NCBI RefSeq assembly: GCF_039596155.1
Contig: NZ_JBCNKF010000011.1
Span: 29,642 to 93,641 of the forward strand
Length of the DNA stretch: 64,000 nucleotides
Reading direction: 5' to 3'
From: Chitinophaga sp.
Lineage (GTDB): Bacteria > Bacteroidota > Bacteroidia > Chitinophagales > Chitinophagaceae
Shown here: positions 60,602 to 64,000 of the stretch, piece by piece
Layout of the letters: each line of letters opens with the position of its first letter
Position numbering within the stretch: the stretch's first letter is position 1
Notes under the pieces: model-generated
The model's input: the letters and a program-made list of their open reading frames with translations, nothing else
Database searches by the model: none
Told to the model about the DNA's origin: nothing
Position numbers and translations under genes: made by a program

Positions 60602-61363
60602 ATGGAAAATAACGCAGCCTTCGAACGGCTACTCAGTATCATGGATGATCTCAGGGAAAAATGCCCCTGGGATAGAAAACAAACCATCCACACCCTGCGT
60701 CAGCAATCAATTGAAGAATTATATGAACTGGCAGATGCCATCACCACTTCTGACTGGACTTCTATTAAAGAGGAACTGGGTGACCTGCTGCTCCATATCG
60801 TGTTTTATGCCAAAATAGGCGCGGAACAAGGCCAGTTTACCATTACAGACGTGATCAATGGCATCTGTGAAAAGCTCATTTCCCGCCACCCGCACATCTA
60901 TGGAGATGTGAAAGCAGAGGACGAAGAAGCAGTAAAACAAAACTGGGAGAAACTGAAACTGAAGGAAGGCAAAACCTCCGTACTCAGTGGCGTACCTCAA
61001 TCCCTGCCTGCGCTGGTAAAGGCAATGCGCCTCCAGTCCAAGGCCAAAACAGTAGGTTTTGAGTGGGATACTACCGAACAGGTATGGGAGAAAGTAAAAG
61101 AAGAAGTACAGGAACTCGAAGAAGTAGTGGCAACTGGTAACCCTGAGGAGATAGAAGGGGAATTCGGCGACGTACTCTTTTCTCTGGTAAACTATTCACG
61201 GTTCCTGAAAATAGACGCTGAGAACGCACTGGAACGCACAAATAAAAAATTCATTCGCCGCTTCCAGTATATCGAAAAGAAAGCGGCCGAAAAAGGCAAA
61301 ACGTTGGATGAAATGACGCTGGGAGAAATGGATGAACTCTGGAACGAAGCTAAAAAATGTTAG
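60602..61363 (+). CDS. mazG: Nucleoside triphosphate pyrophosphohydrolase MazG
   Basis: LREKCPWDRKQT, EELYEL, EELGDLL, RHPHIYGD, second domain EEVQEL...EFGDVLFSLVN. Confidence 0.96.
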   Translation: MENNAAFERLLSIMDDLREKCPWDRKQTIHTLRQQSIEELYELADAITTSDWTSIKEELGDLLLHIVFYAKIGAEQGQFTITDVINGICEKLISRHPHIYGDVKAEDEEAVKQNWEKLKLKEGKTSVLSGVPQSLPALVKAMRLQSKAKTVGFEWDTTEQVWEKVKEEVQELEEVVATGNPEEIEGEFGDVLFSLVNYSRFLKIDAENALERTNKKFIRRFQYIEKKAAEKGKTLDEMTLGEMDELWNEAKKC

Positions 61364-64000
61364 ACATTAAAGAAATACGGCTCTTCTTCATCCGGCACGG
61401 ATACTTACTGATCGTAGCAGCGTGGCTGTTTACCTTTTCCTTTCTGTTTAGTAACTACTGGTCGTATTATTCCTCTCCGATGGGGGTAAAGCGCAGCCTG
61501 GAAAAGAGCATCTCCCAGCGCGAAGCGTCATTTGAGAAATTGATCAAAGACCAGTTCCTGCTCAACCATCTTTTTTCAAGAAATTATAATGAGAAGGAAA
61601 TAAAAAGTCTGGATACTAAGGACTTTTACGTGTTTGCCTACGATAGTAGCGAGGCCGGCCGATGGCTGGTATTCTGGAGCACCAACATGGTAATGCCGGA
61701 AGAATGGCAGGTGCCGCTGGTAGATGGGAACCACTTTGTGCAATTGAAGAACGGATACTACGAAGTGCTATGTCGCAAGGTGTTTAGTCCGGAGGCCGGG
61801 CATGAACGCTTTATGGTCGGTGTGATCCCGGTAATGATGGAATATAGTTTTTCAAACAATTACCTCGTTAATCATTTCTACGATAAGCCGGCACTGGGAA
61901 AAGAATACAGCATCAAACTCAAGGCGCCGGGTATACCTGTGCTCAATGGGAAAAATGTGATCCTTTTTTACCTGGACTATGACCGGGCCATGGATACGAA
62001 ACCGCCTAACCTGCTAAGTGTCATACTCAGGGTCATGGGCTGCATCTGTGTGCTGATCTTTATTAACCTGTTTGCCGCAACGCTGGCCAGACAAAAGAGT
62101 GCGTTGAACGGTTTCCTCTTTCTGGCGGCAGTGGTGGTCATTTTCAGGTTATTGAGCTACCTGTACCCGTTTCCATTCAACCTGCGCACGCTCAATATCT
62201 TCACACCTCTGATCTATGCAAAGGATGAGATCTTCCGTTCGCTGGGCGACCTGTTAATAAACGTATCGCTCACTTTCTGGCTATTGCTGTTTTTCAGACA
62301 ACATGTGAAGTCCATCAAGGCACCTCCCGTAAAGAATGCATGGCAACAAAGGCTGGTGATCATACTGAGCAGCTACGTCATGTTTGTGGTAGGCCAGTTC
62401 CTGTCTGAACTCATTCAGAGCCTGGTAATTGACTCCCGCATCTCTTTTGATGTGGCTAACCCGTTCAGTCTGAATGAATATAGTATCATCGGAGCCATTA
62501 TCTTAGGGTTCATTGCCTTCAGCTTTCTTTTCTTTTCTCAGATTGTCAATTCGCTGCTCAATGAGCTCACCAGTTTCAGGCATCGTACCAAGTATGTATT
62601 CCTGGCTATCGTCGGCGGACTATGGTTAGTGTTCAGGATACATAATCCTGAGCTCCATTATTCCATTGCACTGGTGATCTGGCTGGTGATCTATGTGATA
62701 TTGCTGGATGTACTGGCCGTAAAGTTTGAGAATAGCCTGGCAACGGTGCCATTTTTGTTCTGGTTGTTTTTGCTCACGATCACTACCTCTGCTGTGCTGG
62801 TATATTACAATGACCAGAAAGAACAAAGCCAGCGTGAACGCATGGCAAGGGAATTATCCAAGCAGAAAGATCCATATCTGGAGATGCTGCTCACAGATGT
62901 AACCAAGCAGATGGAGCAGGACGAATTGTTGCAATACTTCTTCCAGCAGAACAATGGAGGCAATATGCCAAGAAGTACACTGGAAAATGAGTTGAAGCAA
63001 AAGTATTTCAAAGGATACCTGGGACGATTCAAGGTCGATATTTACGCCTTTGATGAGAATGGGATGCCAATTTATGGAGGGGATACCAGTTCTTTCTATG
63101 GCTTAAGCAGGAAGATGCTGGTGGAGTCCGAATTGATCGGGAATGACCTCTATTATAACTCAAGAGGATTCAATGACTATAGTTATATCGGGCAAAAGGA
63201 TTTTTATCGCAACGGTGAAAAGGCCGGATACCTTGTATACGAACTAACGCCCGCGGTCGTTAATTCACAACGATTGTATCCTGAATTGCTCGTGTCAGGC
63301 GAAATTTATGACCCTGAAAAGGAATCGAACGCCGCATATTCTTATGCCATTTATGACAAGGGACAATTGGTAAGTAATAACAATGATTACGCTTTCCCTG
63401 TCAGGTTGTATGATTCGGATGTGCCTGCGGATGAAGTGACGGTAAAGAAAGTGAATGGATATTCGCTGATGTACTACAAAGCTTCCAAGGAAAAGGTGGT
63501 GATTGTGGCGAAAGAGATCAGGAGTTTTATAGAATTCATCACGCTCTTTGCCTACATGTTCTGTTTGTTCCTGCTTATTATCGCAATTTATCGGGTGCTG
63601 GATCTGATGGTCAAGGCGCGGATGCGGATCAGTAATATGAAATCACTGGTAAACGTAAATATCAGAAGAAAGGTAACAGGCACCATCATATTTATCGTCG
63701 TATTTGCATTTGTGATCCTGGGTTTGACGACGGTATTATTCTTTATTGATCGTTCAGAGAGAGAAAATAAGGAGCGGCTGAGTCATACAATCAATGAGGT
63801 AACGCATGATGTAGAGAAGGTGTTTGCCAACCAACGGATGTTTGACGACCTGGAGGACCTGTATGATCCGATTTTCCAATCCAGTTTGTCAGAATCGATC
63901 GGGGAGATTGCAGATGAGCGGGCATTGGATATCAATATTTATGACAGGGATGGCAACCTGCAGGTAACTACGCAGCCACTGATCACAGAGAAAGGGTTGT
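61357..64000 (+). CDS. Large multi-TM membrane protein, probably the N-terminal part of a sensor histidine kinase (truncated by the window end)
   Basis: ATG 61357 (MLDIKEIRLFFIRHGYLLIVAAWLFTFSF); the same frame was checked at several points up to 64000 and reads as protein. Many hydrophobic segments and periplasmic loops. The kinase domain is not in the window, so the product call is an inference. Absent from the ORF track because no stop is present. Confidence 0.65.
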   Translation, partial: MLDIKEIRLFFIRHGYLLIVAAWLFTFSFLFSNYWSYYSSPMGVKRSLEKSISQREASFEKLIKDQFLLNHLFSRNYNEKEIKSLDTKDFYVFAYDSSEAGRWLVFWSTNMVMPEEWQVPLVDGNHFVQLKNGYYEVLCRKVFSPEAGHERFMVGVIPVMMEYSFSNNYLVNHFYDKPALGKEYSIKLKAPGIPVLNGKNVILFYLDYDRAMDTKPPNLLSVILRVMGCICVLIFINLFAATLARQKSALNGFLFLAAVVVIFRLLSYLYPFPFNLRTLNIFTPLIYAKDEIFRSLGDLLINVSLTFWLLLFFRQHVKSIKAPPVKNAWQQRLVIILSSYVMFVVGQFLSELIQSLVIDSRISFDVANPFSLNEYSIIGAIILGFIAFSFLFFSQIVNSLLNELTSFRHRTKYVFLAIVGGLWLVFRIHNPELHYSIALVIWLVIYVILLDVLAVKFENSLATVPFLFWLFLLTITTSAVLVYYNDQKEQSQRERMARELSKQKDPYLEMLLTDVTKQMEQDELLQYFFQQNNGGNMPRSTLENELKQKYFKGYLGRFKVDIYAFDENGMPIYGGDTSSFYGLSRKMLVESELIGNDLYYNSRGFNDYSYIGQKDFYRNGEKAGYLVYELTPAVVNSQRLYPELLVSGEIYDPEKESNAAYSYAIYDKGQLVSNNNDYAFPVRLYDSDVPADEVTVKKVNGYSLMYYKASKEKVVIVAKEIRSFIEFITLFAYMFCLFLLIIAIYRVLDLMVKARMRISNMKSLVNVNIRRKVTGTIIFIVVFAFVILGLTTVLFFIDRSERENKERLSHTINEVTHDVEKVFANQRMFDDLEDLYDPIFQSSLSESIGEIADERALDINIYDRDGNLQVTTQPLITEKGL

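Overview
Bacteroidota chromosomal window (probably Chitinophagaceae; inferred from gene content, TAnnTTTG promoters and SusC/D loci). From left to right: (1) accessory genes downstream of a tRNA-Gly(GCC), namely a DUF4157-like tail, an orphan membrane protein, an internally deleted lipoprotein remnant, an SPW protein, a lipoprotein, a serine hydrolase and a sulfatase; (2) a minimal SusR-like/SusC/SusD/GH31 alpha-glucoside locus; (3) a stand-alone UvrD-like helicase; (4) an HTCS-regulated xylan PUL (GH10, SusC, SusD, GH30_8-like, GH62, tandem CE1-type esterase); (5) a CAZyme-free ECF-sigma/FecR/SusC/SusD/DUF4843/PKD-like locus that runs, with gaps of only 1-28 nt from susC onward, into a GldA-like ABC ATPase, a GldF-GldG-like fused permease and two short MutS-like ATPases lacking mismatch-recognition domains, which is the best candidate for an undescribed system; (6) tandem SGNH hydrolases and an AT-rich islet at the 3' side of tRNA-Leu(TAA) and a second identical tRNA-Gly(GCC); (7) core-like genes (DUF3667, enoyl-CoA hydratase, Ivy-like lipoprotein, tex, mazG and a truncated large membrane sensor). 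No integrase, transposase, CRISPR array or rRNA was recognised. All family assignments come from motif recognition by eye; no database search was run.
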